NCBI RefSeq assembly: GCF_014396165.1
Contig: NZ_CP060715.1
Coordinates: 1,050,001 to 1,082,000, forward strand
DNA length: 32,000 nt
Source of the DNA: Erysipelothrix inopinata
GTDB lineage: Bacteria > Bacillota_I > Bacilli_A > Erysipelotrichales > Erysipelotrichaceae
Direction: 5' to 3'
Shown here: piece after piece, positions 1-8,974 of the stretch
How the letters are laid out: every line of letters starts with the position of its first letter
Numbering within the stretch: position 1 is the first letter of the stretch
Made by a program: the position numbers and the translations under genes
Notes under the pieces: model-generated
Told to the model about the DNA's origin: nothing
The model's database searches: none
The model's input: the letters and a program-made list of their open reading frames with translations, nothing else

Positions 1-1217
1 CTCGTGAACTTGCGCTACAAGTGCGTGATGAACTTTCTAATATTGGTCGTTACCACCGACTTAATGTTCAAGCAGTTTACGGGAAAGATTCATTTAAACT
101 ACAGAAAAGAGATCTGTCTCAACGTACGCATATTGTTGTTGCTACTCCTGGACGACTTTATGATCATTTAACACAAGATACAATTGATGTTTCGAAAGTA
201 AAAACGTTGGTAATTGATGAAGCTGATGAAATGTTAAGCATGGGATTCATCGAACAAATTGAAGATATCTTAAGCTTCATGCCTGAAAGAATTCAAGTGA
301 TTCTCTTGTCAGCGACATTCCCGGAAGAGATTAAAAAATTATCTGATGAAGTTCTAAGAGGACCCATTGAAATTAATGTTGTCTCTACAAACAATGTTGG
401 AAACCGTATCATTCAAGAATCTTACCGAACAACGAGTGAAGAAAAACTTGCGCTATTGCATGAAGTATTAATCGTGAAGAATCCTGATCATGGAATTATC
501 TTTGCGAATACTAAAGAAGCTGTGAACAACATCGAAGCATACTTAAGTGAATTTGGAGTAAATATTCGTAAACTTCATGGTGATATGGATCAAAAAGATC
601 GTACACAGACAATTCATGATTTTAAAACAGGGAAATTTAGATTCCTCGTTGCGACAGATGTTGCGTCTCGTGGATTAGATATTCATGATGTTAGCATTAT
701 CATTAATTATGATACACCGCACCACCTTGAAACGTATACCCATCGAATTGGACGTACAGCACGATTGGATAAAGAAGGACTTGCAGTTTCATTACTTGAT
801 GATGATGACGCATACTGGATTGGTAGTAACGGAATTTCCGAAGTTTATGAGATTACTGCAATGAAAAAACCAAGTGAATCTCTGGTTGAAGCAAGACAAG
901 AGCTATTCTTGAAGAAACAAAACCGTAAACAAAAGCCTCGTGAGACCCAAGAAGCCGTGTTTAAGGAAGATATCATGAAATTACATATTCGTGGTGGTAA
1001 AAACAATAAAATACGTCCTGGTGATATTGTGGGGGTTATTACGAGCATCTCAGGAATTACATTTGAAGATATTGGAGTTATTCAAGTATTGGAAGATTCA
1101 ACATATGTCGATATTCATAATGGCAAAGGAAACACCGTACTTAAGTATCTACAAAATCATCCGATTAAAGGAAAACAACGTCGTGTAGGTAAAGCCTATA
1201 ACGATGTCATACGATAA
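1..1217 (+). CDS. dbpA: ATP-dependent DEAD-box RNA helicase, DbpA/YxiN type (5' end lies outside the window)
   Basis: The frame is open from base 3 (..RELALQVRDEL, motif Ib PTRELAxQ), so the ORF-track start at 21 is internal. Motifs read: VIDEADEM (DEAD), LLSAT (SAT), RFLVATDVASRGLDI, HRIGRTAR (motif VI). The C-terminal KLHIRGGKNNKIRPGDIVGVI...KGKQRRVGKA resembles the DbpA/YxiN RNA-binding domain. Confidence 0.9.
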   Translation, partial: RELALQVRDELSNIGRYHRLNVQAVYGKDSFKLQKRDLSQRTHIVVATPGRLYDHLTQDTIDVSKVKTLVIDEADEMLSMGFIEQIEDILSFMPERIQVILLSATFPEEIKKLSDEVLRGPIEINVVSTNNVGNRIIQESYRTTSEEKLALLHEVLIVKNPDHGIIFANTKEAVNNIEAYLSEFGVNIRKLHGDMDQKDRTQTIHDFKTGKFRFLVATDVASRGLDIHDVSIIINYDTPHHLETYTHRIGRTARLDKEGLAVSLLDDDDAYWIGSNGISEVYEITAMKKPSESLVEARQELFLKKQNRKQKPRETQEAVFKEDIMKLHIRGGKNNKIRPGDIVGVITSISGITFEDIGVIQVLEDSTYVDIHNGKGNTVLKYLQNHPIKGKQRRVGKAYNDVIR

Positions 1218-1225
1218 CATTCAAA

Positions 1226-1259
1226 AAAAGGAATGATTTCAGAAGAAATCATTCCTTTT
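1226..1259. terminator. Bidirectional rho-independent terminator between convergent genes
   Basis: Perfect hairpin aaaaggaatgatttc / agaa loop / gaaatcattcctttt. An A tract lies on one side and a T tract on the other, between the helicase stop (1217) and the minus-strand gene stop (1272). Confidence 0.85.
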
Positions 1260-1271
1260 AATTTGGTGTAT

Positions 1272-1616
1272 TTACGCTATAACTGTTTTCTTCATTTTTG
1301 CATAACCTACAAACGATAAGATAGTTTGAACTAATACAAACATAAAGTAGATTGGGAATAGAACCATAGATACTGCGTAGAGGATTCCACCTGTGAGTGC
1401 AAATCCTTTTTTATTCATGGACCAACCTAAAATATTAAAGAGTGTTGCGAGACCAACACATACAATATGTGGGAACATAAGTGTGACCGCAAGTGCAGCA
1501 CCTGCTTGTTCTGCGCCATCTGTTCCTGAAATTGCACCAGTTGCGTAAGCAACTATATAACCGAAATACAAAGCTCCTAAAATCCATGATATCAATAGTA
1601 ATTTACTTTTTTTCAT
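1272..1616 (-). CDS. Small integral membrane protein (3-4 predicted TM helices), function unknown
   Basis: The 114-aa ORF is almost entirely hydrophobic. The SD AAGGGAGAAAG ends about 6 nt upstream of the ATG. It lies 19 nt downstream of the lipoprotein gene on the same strand. Confidence 0.7.
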   Translation of the reverse strand: MKKSKLLLISWILGALYFGYIVAYATGAISGTDGAEQAGAALAVTLMFPHIVCVGLATLFNILGWSMNKKGFALTGGILYAVSMVLFPIYFMFVLVQTILSFVGYAKMKKTVIA

Positions 1617-1635
1617 ATATAACTTTCTCCCTTAA

Positions 1636-2112
1636 TTATTTGATGATAAATTTGATAGGTTCCTTGGTAGAGAATGTTGGTTTATAGTAAACAAATAAAT
1701 TTGTTTCATCACCACTGATTACAAAGCTTTTCTCCCCAGAAAGTTTTTCACCAGGAAGAACATCCCCATCGACACTACCGTCAAGTTTTCCCCAAATGTT
1801 TGAATCTTTTTCTCTACCCTCATTATCCTTCATTGAAAGTTCTAAAATGCCGCCGATGTATTTTGATTTTGATCCAGTGTTTTCAAATGTAAAATCAACA
1901 GCAATCCATTCTTTTCCTTCTTCAGGTTTGATGTAATCATCACCTTCAAGGGTACGTGTTGAATTAACGGTGATCTTTAGACCATCTACTTCCGCAGTTT
2001 CCCCGATTGCGAACTCTGTTTTTGGAGCTTCTTTTTCTTTTTTCTCACCGGAACTTGAACATCCAGTTAATACAAGAACACTTAATAACATAACTACTAA
2101 AATTTTTTTCAC
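1636..2112 (-). CDS. DUF4352-type secreted lipoprotein
   Basis: I place the start at GTG 2112, not the ORF-track 2208. The SD AGGAGG lies 9 nt upstream of GTG 2112, and the product begins VKKILVVMLLSVLVLTGCSS, a signal peptide with lipobox LTGC. The mature part (FAIGETAEVDGLKITVNS...WIAVDFTFENTG) has the DUF4352 pattern. Confidence 0.8.
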   Translation of the reverse strand: MKKILVVMLLSVLVLTGCSSSGEKKEKEAPKTEFAIGETAEVDGLKITVNSTRTLEGDDYIKPEEGKEWIAVDFTFENTGSKSKYIGGILELSMKDNEGREKDSNIWGKLDGSVDGDVLPGEKLSGEKSFVISGDETNLFVYYKPTFSTKEPIKFIIK

Positions 2113-2158
2113 GCTATAATATCCTCCTAGTAGCTTGATTATAGGTAAAAAAAAAGAA

Positions 2159-3208
2159 TCATTGGTATGCTGGGAGCATACTTGTAATGATTCCACTAAT
2201 GATGACAAATAGAAGAATTAGGATTACAAATAAAGTAACCCCAAGTAACAGAGATCCAATAATTTTATATTTTTTTAAGGGAGTAGGAATTAAATTCCTA
2301 ATATTTAGATAGTTTGTAGAAATTGTAAAGATTGGAAAAATAAAGATTGCCATGAGTATTTTCGCTTGAAAATGATCATATGCAGAAGTAGGTTCGGAAG
2401 ACTCAGTGACAAAAATCAATCCAAACATCAAGAAGTATCCAATTAATGCCACAACTTGTTTCCAGCGAGTTTGTGACCGAAAACCAGGTGGTGTGAATTT
2501 AGATTTCTTGGATTGAATTCTACGGAGTTCTTGCTCAACCTCTTGAACATTTTGATATCGGTCATCTCGATCGATTTGTGTGCATTTTAATATAAGTGGA
2601 CGAAATTGGGTTGCAGTTAATTCATCCTGGATAAAGCTACCAGTTAGGAGTACATTAAAGAGTACACCCATACTATAAATGTCAGAGCGAGTATCGCTTC
2701 TTGAAAATCCATATTGTTCTGGAGAAGCATAACCAGGACTTCCTAACATTTGTGTATCTTTGAGGCTAGTTGTTTCTGTGGCGATAGGTTTCGAGATATC
2801 AAAGTCATTAATGACAACTCTATTTTGATATAGATAAATATTTTCAGGTTTCAAATCACGATGAACAATATTCATGTTGTGAAGATGACTGACTCCTGCA
2901 CAGATTTGTAGCGCATAGTGCAGAAATTCCAGGACATCTTTTACAGGAAGATTATCAGCGAGTGTCTTAGTTCCAAGATCCTCTTCAAGTACAGAAAAGG
3001 AGTCATTCTCTTTCTCAACTTCATAGATAGGACAAATGTTTATATGCTTTCTAAGACGTAGTCTTCGATAAATTTCGATGTTGTCATGTTGAAAAAACGT
3101 CTTCACTATTTTAGTCGATCCAGGCGAGTTATTAAGTGTAACACGTTTAATGATTTTTTCTTTTTCTTCGAGAAGAATTATTTCATCTTGTATTTCAAAT
3201 GGTTCCAT
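2159..3208 (-). CDS. Membrane-anchored Hanks-type Ser/Thr protein kinase
   Basis: Motifs read: HRDLKPENI catalytic loop, DFDISK in place of DFG, GSPGYASPEQ (APE-like), and a lysine in TKIVKTF. The C-terminal ~100 aa form 2-3 TM helices. No PASTA repeats are present. Confidence 0.85.
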   Translation of the reverse strand: MEPFEIQDEIILLEEKEKIIKRVTLNNSPGSTKIVKTFFQHDNIEIYRRLRLRKHINICPIYEVEKENDSFSVLEEDLGTKTLADNLPVKDVLEFLHYALQICAGVSHLHNMNIVHRDLKPENIYLYQNRVVINDFDISKPIATETTSLKDTQMLGSPGYASPEQYGFSRSDTRSDIYSMGVLFNVLLTGSFIQDELTATQFRPLILKCTQIDRDDRYQNVQEVEQELRRIQSKKSKFTPPGFRSQTRWKQVVALIGYFLMFGLIFVTESSEPTSAYDHFQAKILMAIFIFPIFTISTNYLNIRNLIPTPLKKYKIIGSLLLGVTLFVILILLFVIISGIITSMLPAYQ

Positions 3209-3214
3209 GAAATT

Positions 3215-3223
3215 ATTATAGCA
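3215..3223 (-). promoter_or_regulatory. Extended -10 element (TGcTATAAT) placed for a leaderless kinase transcript
   Basis: The minus strand reads tgcTATAAT and ends 6 nt before the kinase ATG (3208). No SD is present, and the whole divergent intergenic region is only 32 bp. Confidence 0.4.
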
Positions 3224-3240
3224 TAGAAGTAGAGGAAATT

Positions 3241-3657
3241 ATGAAGAAGAAAACTATAGATTTGCAATCAATTTTAAAGCATGCATCACGCGATGAATTA
3301 TCCGAAATGATAGAATCTATTGAGTGTCCAGAGTTTGTGAGTGAGCTTGAAAAAATGATCTGCACTAAGCAAACTACTAAAGGGGAAGTAATTAGAAACA
3401 CACTTCTTGAAAGAACTTATGCGTACCAGATTATGCAGGGTAGAAAACAAGGAAGTAAAGATAAAATTATTCAAATTTGTTTGGCATTAAAATGTAGTAT
3501 CGAAGAAACAAATCGTTTTTTAACCTTAACTCATAATCCGAGTCTCTACGCCAAAGATAAGCGAGATATGCTCATAATCTTTGCGGTGGAAAATCAAATG
3601 TCAGTGATGGATACAAATGAACTTTTATCCAGTCATAATTCAAACGTTTTAGAGTAG
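3241..3657 (+). CDS. Putative helix-turn-helix (XRE-like) DNA-binding protein
   Basis: The SD AGAGGAAA lies just upstream. The segment VIRNTLLERTYAYQIMQGRKQGSKDKIIQICLALKCSIEETNRFL has an HTH-like pattern. It is divergent from the kinase gene. Confidence 0.5.
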   Translation: MKKKTIDLQSILKHASRDELSEMIESIECPEFVSELEKMICTKQTTKGEVIRNTLLERTYAYQIMQGRKQGSKDKIIQICLALKCSIEETNRFLTLTHNPSLYAKDKRDMLIIFAVENQMSVMDTNELLSSHNSNVLE

Positions 3658-3667
3658 GAGTAATATC

Positions 3668-4501
3668 ATGGACACAAACCTTTATGAATATCTATCAACG
3701 AATGGTAAGATATTAAAAGTCGGAGATTTTAATTTTTTAGATCAAAGAGTTGCTTACTATGTTTGTAGTATAGATGATGAACAGTTCGCCAAAATTAAAG
3801 AGCTCTATCCAAACCACGAACCCGATACTAAAGACAGGATAATTGTACTGGATGAATATCACCAATTATTTTCAATATCAACAGTTTATGAAACAAAAAA
3901 ACATTTCGAGGCAAGAAAAGAACTTTATCAAAACAAAAAGTTTATTGAGGAATTCCAGGAAGAACTAAATACTATTACAAGTCTTGATGGATTGAAAAGT
4001 AATAGACGGTTTGTGAATCTAACCTTAAATCATAGTCCCTATTTAAGAAAGCTTGTTCGTAAAGTAAGACTCAAAGCTTCAAGTTATGTTTTTATGCTCC
4101 TCATTTTGGTTCTATACTTTGGATTTATGACGATTCAAAAATCTTTCAACTCATTAACAGAACTCGTCTTAACTCCAACTATTTCAAATATCTTAGTAAT
4201 TTTGCAGATTCTTTGGGTTGTGATCATGATTGCTATAGTATTCATGCCACCCAAAATAAATCATCTTAACCCTGATAATCCATCGGCTAAGTTGGCTAAA
4301 AAGTTGTTAATAATATTAACAGGCTTACTCTTGGTGTTTTCTATTCAATCGTTGGGGAAGAATTTTGTTGTCAGATGCACACCGCAAACAATCATTGATA
4401 AAGAAGTTTTAGAAGTAGAGTATTTAAATGGTTCAAAGAAAAAGTTTATGCTCGAAGATTCTATTTGGATGCGTCATGCAGGAGAGGGGTTTGACTCATG
4501 A
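3668..4501 (+). CDS. Hypothetical membrane protein (soluble N-terminal half, 3 C-terminal TM helices)
   Basis: The SD AGGAG ends 7 nt upstream of the ATG. Its stop overlaps the next start (ATGA at 4498-4501), which indicates an operon. I recognise no family. Confidence 0.6.
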   Translation: MDTNLYEYLSTNGKILKVGDFNFLDQRVAYYVCSIDDEQFAKIKELYPNHEPDTKDRIIVLDEYHQLFSISTVYETKKHFEARKELYQNKKFIEEFQEELNTITSLDGLKSNRRFVNLTLNHSPYLRKLVRKVRLKASSYVFMLLILVLYFGFMTIQKSFNSLTELVLTPTISNILVILQILWVVIMIAIVFMPPKINHLNPDNPSAKLAKKLLIILTGLLLVFSIQSLGKNFVVRCTPQTIIDKEVLEVEYLNGSKKKFMLEDSIWMRHAGEGFDS

Positions 4502-5610
4502 CAAAGAAAAAAGTATGGATTGGGGTTGTATTGTGGGTTTTCTGTATGAGTATATTTTTATTGAATCTGACACCTTTCATGATAGTGGGCGTTTCATTAA
4601 TATTTTCAATAGCAGCACTTTTATTTCTTAGATACTTAAGAAAACTGGTTTCTAAAGACCCCTCAGATAAAGCATTTCGACACGTCATTTTAATATCATG
4701 TTCCGTAATAATCTGTATCTTTATGGGACTATATTCGTATATATCCTATGCATCATTTCACTATACAGAATATGTTGAAGTGGATGGTAAAAACTATGTT
4801 GCAGTACCTACAACAGGATGGAAAAATCAGTTTGCATTAAAAAAAGCAAATCCACTTACAGTTTCTAAGAGTCCTACTTATGCGAAGTCATGTTCATTGA
4901 GTTTTACTTTAGCAACAATCACTGAAGGTGAATGCAAGATAGAAAAATATCACAGAGGTATATTTAAAGATCCGGCTCAATTGTTTAACGAGTTAAATCA
5001 AGCGGTTAATAATATTGATACCGAAAATTTAAGACCGGATAAGAATAATGATTCAACACCTCAGAGCGAGGAAAGTGATTCAAAAGAAAAGGAAATAGTG
5101 TTTGAGGAACCCAATCAGGAAGAAAAGGAATCTCATTCGATTGACCCAGTTTTTACAGATTTAGAAGTATATAATGAAAATAGAATATATGAAACACTGT
5201 CTGGAAAGATTTATTACCAAAATACAAAACGTGCTGTTATTAATATGGGGAAAGCTGGATCAACAGATATGATTGGTATCTTTTCACCGAGAGATAATGG
5301 TGGGTGGTATTTAGAAGGGTATGTTCCCAATTCAAGAGGCGTTTTCAATTTTTATGACGTGAGTGAGAACTATTTTATATTTTCTTATAATGTAAGTGAT
5401 GACAAGATAACATTCAACTTTTCAAGAGACGGCGGAATGACTTGGAAACTTACCCAGATTGAGCCTACTGAAAGAAGGAATTATGCGGTAACCTCCTTAA
5501 AAGAAGTAGATAATAAACTTTGCATCACTACAGGAACTGATCCGTGGTCAACGCAAAAAATACCAGAATCAACGTATTGTTCTGATGATCAAGGAGAAAC
5601 ATGGCATTAG
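4498..5610 (+). CDS. Membrane-anchored protein with BNR/Asp-box repeats (sialidase-like beta-propeller fold likely)
   Basis: The N-terminus has TM helices and there is an acidic linker. Two Asp-boxes (SxDxGxTW) are present: SRDGGMTWK and SDDQGETWH. Confidence 0.65.
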   Translation: MTKKKVWIGVVLWVFCMSIFLLNLTPFMIVGVSLIFSIAALLFLRYLRKLVSKDPSDKAFRHVILISCSVIICIFMGLYSYISYASFHYTEYVEVDGKNYVAVPTTGWKNQFALKKANPLTVSKSPTYAKSCSLSFTLATITEGECKIEKYHRGIFKDPAQLFNELNQAVNNIDTENLRPDKNNDSTPQSEESDSKEKEIVFEEPNQEEKESHSIDPVFTDLEVYNENRIYETLSGKIYYQNTKRAVINMGKAGSTDMIGIFSPRDNGGWYLEGYVPNSRGVFNFYDVSENYFIFSYNVSDDKITFNFSRDGGMTWKLTQIEPTERRNYAVTSLKEVDNKLCITTGTDPWSTQKIPESTYCSDDQGETWH

Positions 5611-5695
5611 TATTTGCATTCCTTAGTAACCAGTGTTATATTTAATAAAGCGATGGTGTTCGCTAGAACCATTATCTAAAGTGATAATTAATGAC

Positions 5696-5727
5696 GCCTA
5701 CCAAAAATTTTTTTGGTAGGTTTTTTT
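5696..5727 (+). terminator. Rho-independent terminator
   Basis: Hairpin gcctaccaaaaa / tttttggtagg followed by ttttttt. Confidence 0.85.
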
Positions 5728-5747
5728 GAGCCTTAAAGGAGAGACAT

Positions 5748-6929
5748 ATGTTATTAAGTTTAGCGTTAATATTTATGGTTGGGTATCTACTTGCTGCTGT
5801 ATTTAAGAAGTTGAGATTACCTGAACTTATTGGTTATTTACTTTCGGGGATGATTCTAGGTCCCTATGGTATGAATGTATTGGATGCCTCATTATTAGAT
5901 ATTGGTGGTGATATAAAGCAAATTGCATTGTTGATTATTTTAACTCAAGCAGGTTTATCATTGGAACTTGATGACTTTAAAAAAATGGGGTCTAAAGCTG
6001 TATTTATGAGTTTTGTGCCCGCTTGTTTTGAGATTACTGCAACATTCTTTCTATCAAAGTGGTTGTTTAACTTTAATACAATTGATGCATTACTTTTAGG
6101 TACAATTATTGCTTCAGCGTCACCTGCAGTGATTGTTCCAAAAATGTTGAAGTTAATGAAAGAGGGGTATGGTGTCAAGAAAGGTGTTCCACAACTAGTA
6201 CTTACAGGAGCATCCGTAGATGATGTGTTTAATATTGTATTATTTACGTCTGTATTAGGATTCCAAGCGAACTCAGGTGTTTCTGCCATGGATTTTGTAA
6301 TGATTCCAGTAACGATTCTCTTGGGCATCGGCTTGGGAATCGTGATGGGATTTGCTGTCAGTTATGTGTTTAAAAGAATTAATACTTCAATCCAAATAAA
6401 AACTATTTTAGTTTTGAGTATTGGTTTTGTTCTCTTGACAGTGGAGCCTTTAGTTGCAAACTATTTACCATTCTCAGCACTAATTGCAGTTATGGCTATG
6501 GGAGTTACTCTCTTAAAAACCTATCCTGAAGATGCGAAAGCAATCTCCCATCAGCTGTCAAGACTTTGGGTTGGAGCGCAAGTTCTTCTCTTTGCACTTG
6601 TTGGTGCGGCAGTTAACCTTGGTTACGCAAGCAAAGCAGGATATCTGGCTATCATCATGCTAGTATTAGCACTTGTTGTGAGAAGTATTGGAGTCATGGT
6701 ATGTGTTAGTCGAAGTGACTTCACACGAAAAGAAAAAATATTTGCTGCAATAGCGGGTACTCCAAAAGCAACCGTTCAAGCTGCAATAGGGGGAATACCA
6801 CTTGCAATGGGACTCCCAAATGGGGAAATGATTCTAGCAATTTCTGTAATCGCCATCCTGTTCACAGCACCAGTAGGGGCAATACTAATTGATCTTACTT
6901 ATAAGAAGTTTCTAACTCATGATATTTAA
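5748..6929 (+). CDS. Cation:proton antiporter (Na+/H+ exchanger family, CPA type)
   Basis: 393 aa with about 11-12 TM helices. The N-terminus LPELIGYLLSGMILGP and the general pattern are typical of the Na_H_Exchanger family. The SD is AAAGGAGAG. Confidence 0.8.
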   Translation: MLLSLALIFMVGYLLAAVFKKLRLPELIGYLLSGMILGPYGMNVLDASLLDIGGDIKQIALLIILTQAGLSLELDDFKKMGSKAVFMSFVPACFEITATFFLSKWLFNFNTIDALLLGTIIASASPAVIVPKMLKLMKEGYGVKKGVPQLVLTGASVDDVFNIVLFTSVLGFQANSGVSAMDFVMIPVTILLGIGLGIVMGFAVSYVFKRINTSIQIKTILVLSIGFVLLTVEPLVANYLPFSALIAVMAMGVTLLKTYPEDAKAISHQLSRLWVGAQVLLFALVGAAVNLGYASKAGYLAIIMLVLALVVRSIGVMVCVSRSDFTRKEKIFAAIAGTPKATVQAAIGGIPLAMGLPNGEMILAISVIAILFTAPVGAILIDLTYKKFLTHDI

Positions 6930-6931
6930 AT

Positions 6932-6960
6932 AAAACGATCGGCCATGCAGTCGATCGTTT
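6932..6960. terminator. Bidirectional terminator hairpin between convergent genes
   Basis: Stem aaaacgatcg, loop gccatgcagt, stem cgatcgttt(c). It lies between stops at 6929 (+) and 6966 (-). Confidence 0.65.
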
Positions 6961-6965
6961 CTTAA

Positions 6966-7220
6966 TTATCCTTTTTTACCTTGAGATTGGCGGAACATAT
7001 CTTCCACAACAATATCAAATATTTCTCCAAGTGTTGCACAGTAACTTAACACAAGCCATGGTTCGTTTGTATGATAGTGAATTTTGATTAAACTATCATC
7101 ACCGACAACCAGCAAACAATCGCCCTCAAATTCATTTTCAAAGTGTTTCGTAATTTCAACTTCTGATAAGTCAGTGCCTTCAATTAGAAGTTGTGTATCG
7201 TAACGGTAATCTGTTTCCAT
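6966..7220 (-). CDS. Small stand-alone protein resembling the middle region of DAK2-fusion protein YloV
   Basis: YRYDTQLLIEG...GDCLLVVGDDSLIKIHYHTNEPWLVL...GEIFDIVVEDMFRQ matches my recollection of the YloV segment (FRYCTEF...GDSLLVV.D..L.KVH.H...PG...G.L..I.IENM). That recollection is unverified. Confidence 0.5.
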   Translation of the reverse strand: METDYRYDTQLLIEGTDLSEVEITKHFENEFEGDCLLVVGDDSLIKIHYHTNEPWLVLSYCATLGEIFDIVVEDMFRQSQGKKG

Positions 7221-7286
7221 AAATGTGAGTCCTTTCTTCTAAGTACGAATTTAGTATATTCCTAATGCGAATCATTTGCAAGTGTG

Positions 7287-7315
7287 TTGACATCTCATTA
7301 AAAGTATGGAATAAT
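7287..7315 (+). promoter_or_regulatory. Sigma-A type promoter (TTGACA, 17-nt spacer, AATAAT, with TG extension)
   Basis: TTGACA at 7287-7292, a 17-nt spacer ending in TGG, and AATAAT at 7310-7315. It sits about 35 nt upstream of the small ORF. Confidence 0.55.
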
Positions 7316-7348
7316 TCAAATGCAAATCGTTCGCAATTGGAGGTAGAT

Positions 7349-7462
7349 ATGATAAAAGATGTTAATGCAGCTTATCGGTATGTTAATTCTAGAAACAAGA
7401 AGACTCGTAGAAAAGCACTCGCGATGATACGAGAACATAACCGACTCAAAGAAAAGAAATAA
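7349..7462 (+). CDS. 37-aa highly basic small protein (MIKDVNAAYRYVNSRNKKTRRKALAMIREHNRLKEKK)
   Basis: This internal ATG of ORF 7265..7462 has a strong SD: GGAGG, then 6 nt, then ATG. It is framed by the promoter above and the hairpin terminator below. I recognise no family. Confidence 0.45.
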   Translation: MIKDVNAAYRYVNSRNKKTRRKALAMIREHNRLKEKK

Positions 7463-7499
7463 TGAGGGGGAAGAAATAGTTAAAGCCTTACGTTCGCAC

Positions 7500-7535
7500 A
7501 AATGCACTCGAAAGAGTGCATTTCTATTAATATTT
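7500..7535 (+). terminator. Hairpin with GAAA tetraloop, probable terminator or attenuator upstream of the M23 peptidase gene
   Basis: aaatgcactc / gaaa / gagtgcattt (10-bp perfect stem) followed by a T-rich stretch, ctattaatattt. Confidence 0.55.
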
Positions 7536-7549
7536 GAGAGGATGATACG

Positions 7550-8890
7550 ATGAAAAAGAAACGTTGGATTCGATTTCTAGTGGCATTACTACTAATTGGA
7601 TTGACTCAAGTTTCACCACAATTGGTTGAAGCAGAGACCCTTACTGAATTATGTACTACTGACAAAAATGATGCTCGATGTCAAAACTTTAAAAAATTAA
7701 CCGAGACAAAAGCAAATCTTGATGACATCAATAAAAACTTAGATAGTTATGCAGAAGAGTTAACACTCTACCAACAATCAATGGTGGCAATGCAAGAGGA
7801 AATTACTCAGAAAGAATCTGGAATTGAAGCTTTGAATGAAAGTATAACCAAGTCTCAAGAAGAAATTCAGGTGCTTGATGAAAAGGTAACAGTGAAAAAA
7901 GATGAAGTAGCGAAACAAATGGTTCGAAGTCAATCGACAATGCGTGTGAATAACTACTTTGAGTTCCTTTTTGATTCCAGAGATTTTGCTGACATTATAC
8001 GTCGCATTGAAGCCGTGAATATTATTCAAAGAGCAAACCGTGAAGTAGTGAATGAATATCATGAAGCATTGAACGAATTGAATACTAAGCATACTCAGTT
8101 AGAAACGGATCAAGCTACGTTGATTCAAGAAAAAGAAACTCTAGAAAAGGATTATGAATCAGCATCTATTGCGAAAGAAAATATTGGCGTTATTGTGAAA
8201 GAATTGATGGTTCAAAAGGAATCACTCATGATTGAAGAAGAAACGATTAATAGTAAAGTAGCTATAGATGAACAAAAGTTTCAAGGAGTAACACCAGGTA
8301 ATGCAACACCTGCACCAAGTGGAGGTCGACTATCGAGACCTCTCGCAACAGGATATTGGGTATCAGCCGGTGTATGGTCCTATCCATGGGGTGGAACACA
8401 TCTTGGGGTAGATCTTGCACCAGTGAATGGAAACGTGGGAATGAATCTTTTGGCTCCTGGGAATGGTATTGTAGTAGGAACTCATGGTGGTTGTCCAACT
8501 TGGGGGTCCTATGGAAGTCGTTGTAACGGTGGCTATGGAAACTATATGAATATGATTGTTAGTGATGGTGTAACATCCTATGGTATTCTCTATGCACATC
8601 TTATGAGTGGAAGCTTCACAGTGCCCGCAGGAACCGTAGTTCAAACTGGAGATGTCGTAGGTCGTGTTGGTTCCTCAGGGAGCTCTACAGGTCCCCATGT
8701 TCATGCAGAAGCCTATAATCTCGGTAATATATCAATTCAAGAAGCTTACAGTAGATGGAATGGTAGTAATACTTTCAGTACTGGTAGTGCCTCTAGTAAT
8801 GGCTTAAACCATCGTTGTTCAGTTTCAGGAGTACCTTGTCGAGAGAATCCTCAAGAAATTTGGAATTACCAATATGGTGCTTCGTACTAA
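7550..8890 (+). CDS. Secreted peptidoglycan metalloendopeptidase, M23 family, with N-terminal coiled-coil (EnvC-like architecture)
   Basis: A signal peptide and about 230 aa of heptad-rich coiled coil precede the catalytic domain. The M23 motifs are HLGVDLA (HxxxD) and GSSGSSTGPHVHAE (HxH). Confidence 0.85.
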   Translation: MKKKRWIRFLVALLLIGLTQVSPQLVEAETLTELCTTDKNDARCQNFKKLTETKANLDDINKNLDSYAEELTLYQQSMVAMQEEITQKESGIEALNESITKSQEEIQVLDEKVTVKKDEVAKQMVRSQSTMRVNNYFEFLFDSRDFADIIRRIEAVNIIQRANREVVNEYHEALNELNTKHTQLETDQATLIQEKETLEKDYESASIAKENIGVIVKELMVQKESLMIEEETINSKVAIDEQKFQGVTPGNATPAPSGGRLSRPLATGYWVSAGVWSYPWGGTHLGVDLAPVNGNVGMNLLAPGNGIVVGTHGGCPTWGSYGSRCNGGYGNYMNMIVSDGVTSYGILYAHLMSGSFTVPAGTVVQTGDVVGRVGSSGSSTGPHVHAEAYNLGNISIQEAYSRWNGSNTFSTGSASSNGLNHRCSVSGVPCRENPQEIWNYQYGASY

Positions 8891-8974
8891 TCACCCCATT
8901 AATGAAAGATATTTCATATAAGACATCAACTAAAAAAGATATGCTATATTAAAAATATAGATTAAGGTGATAGT

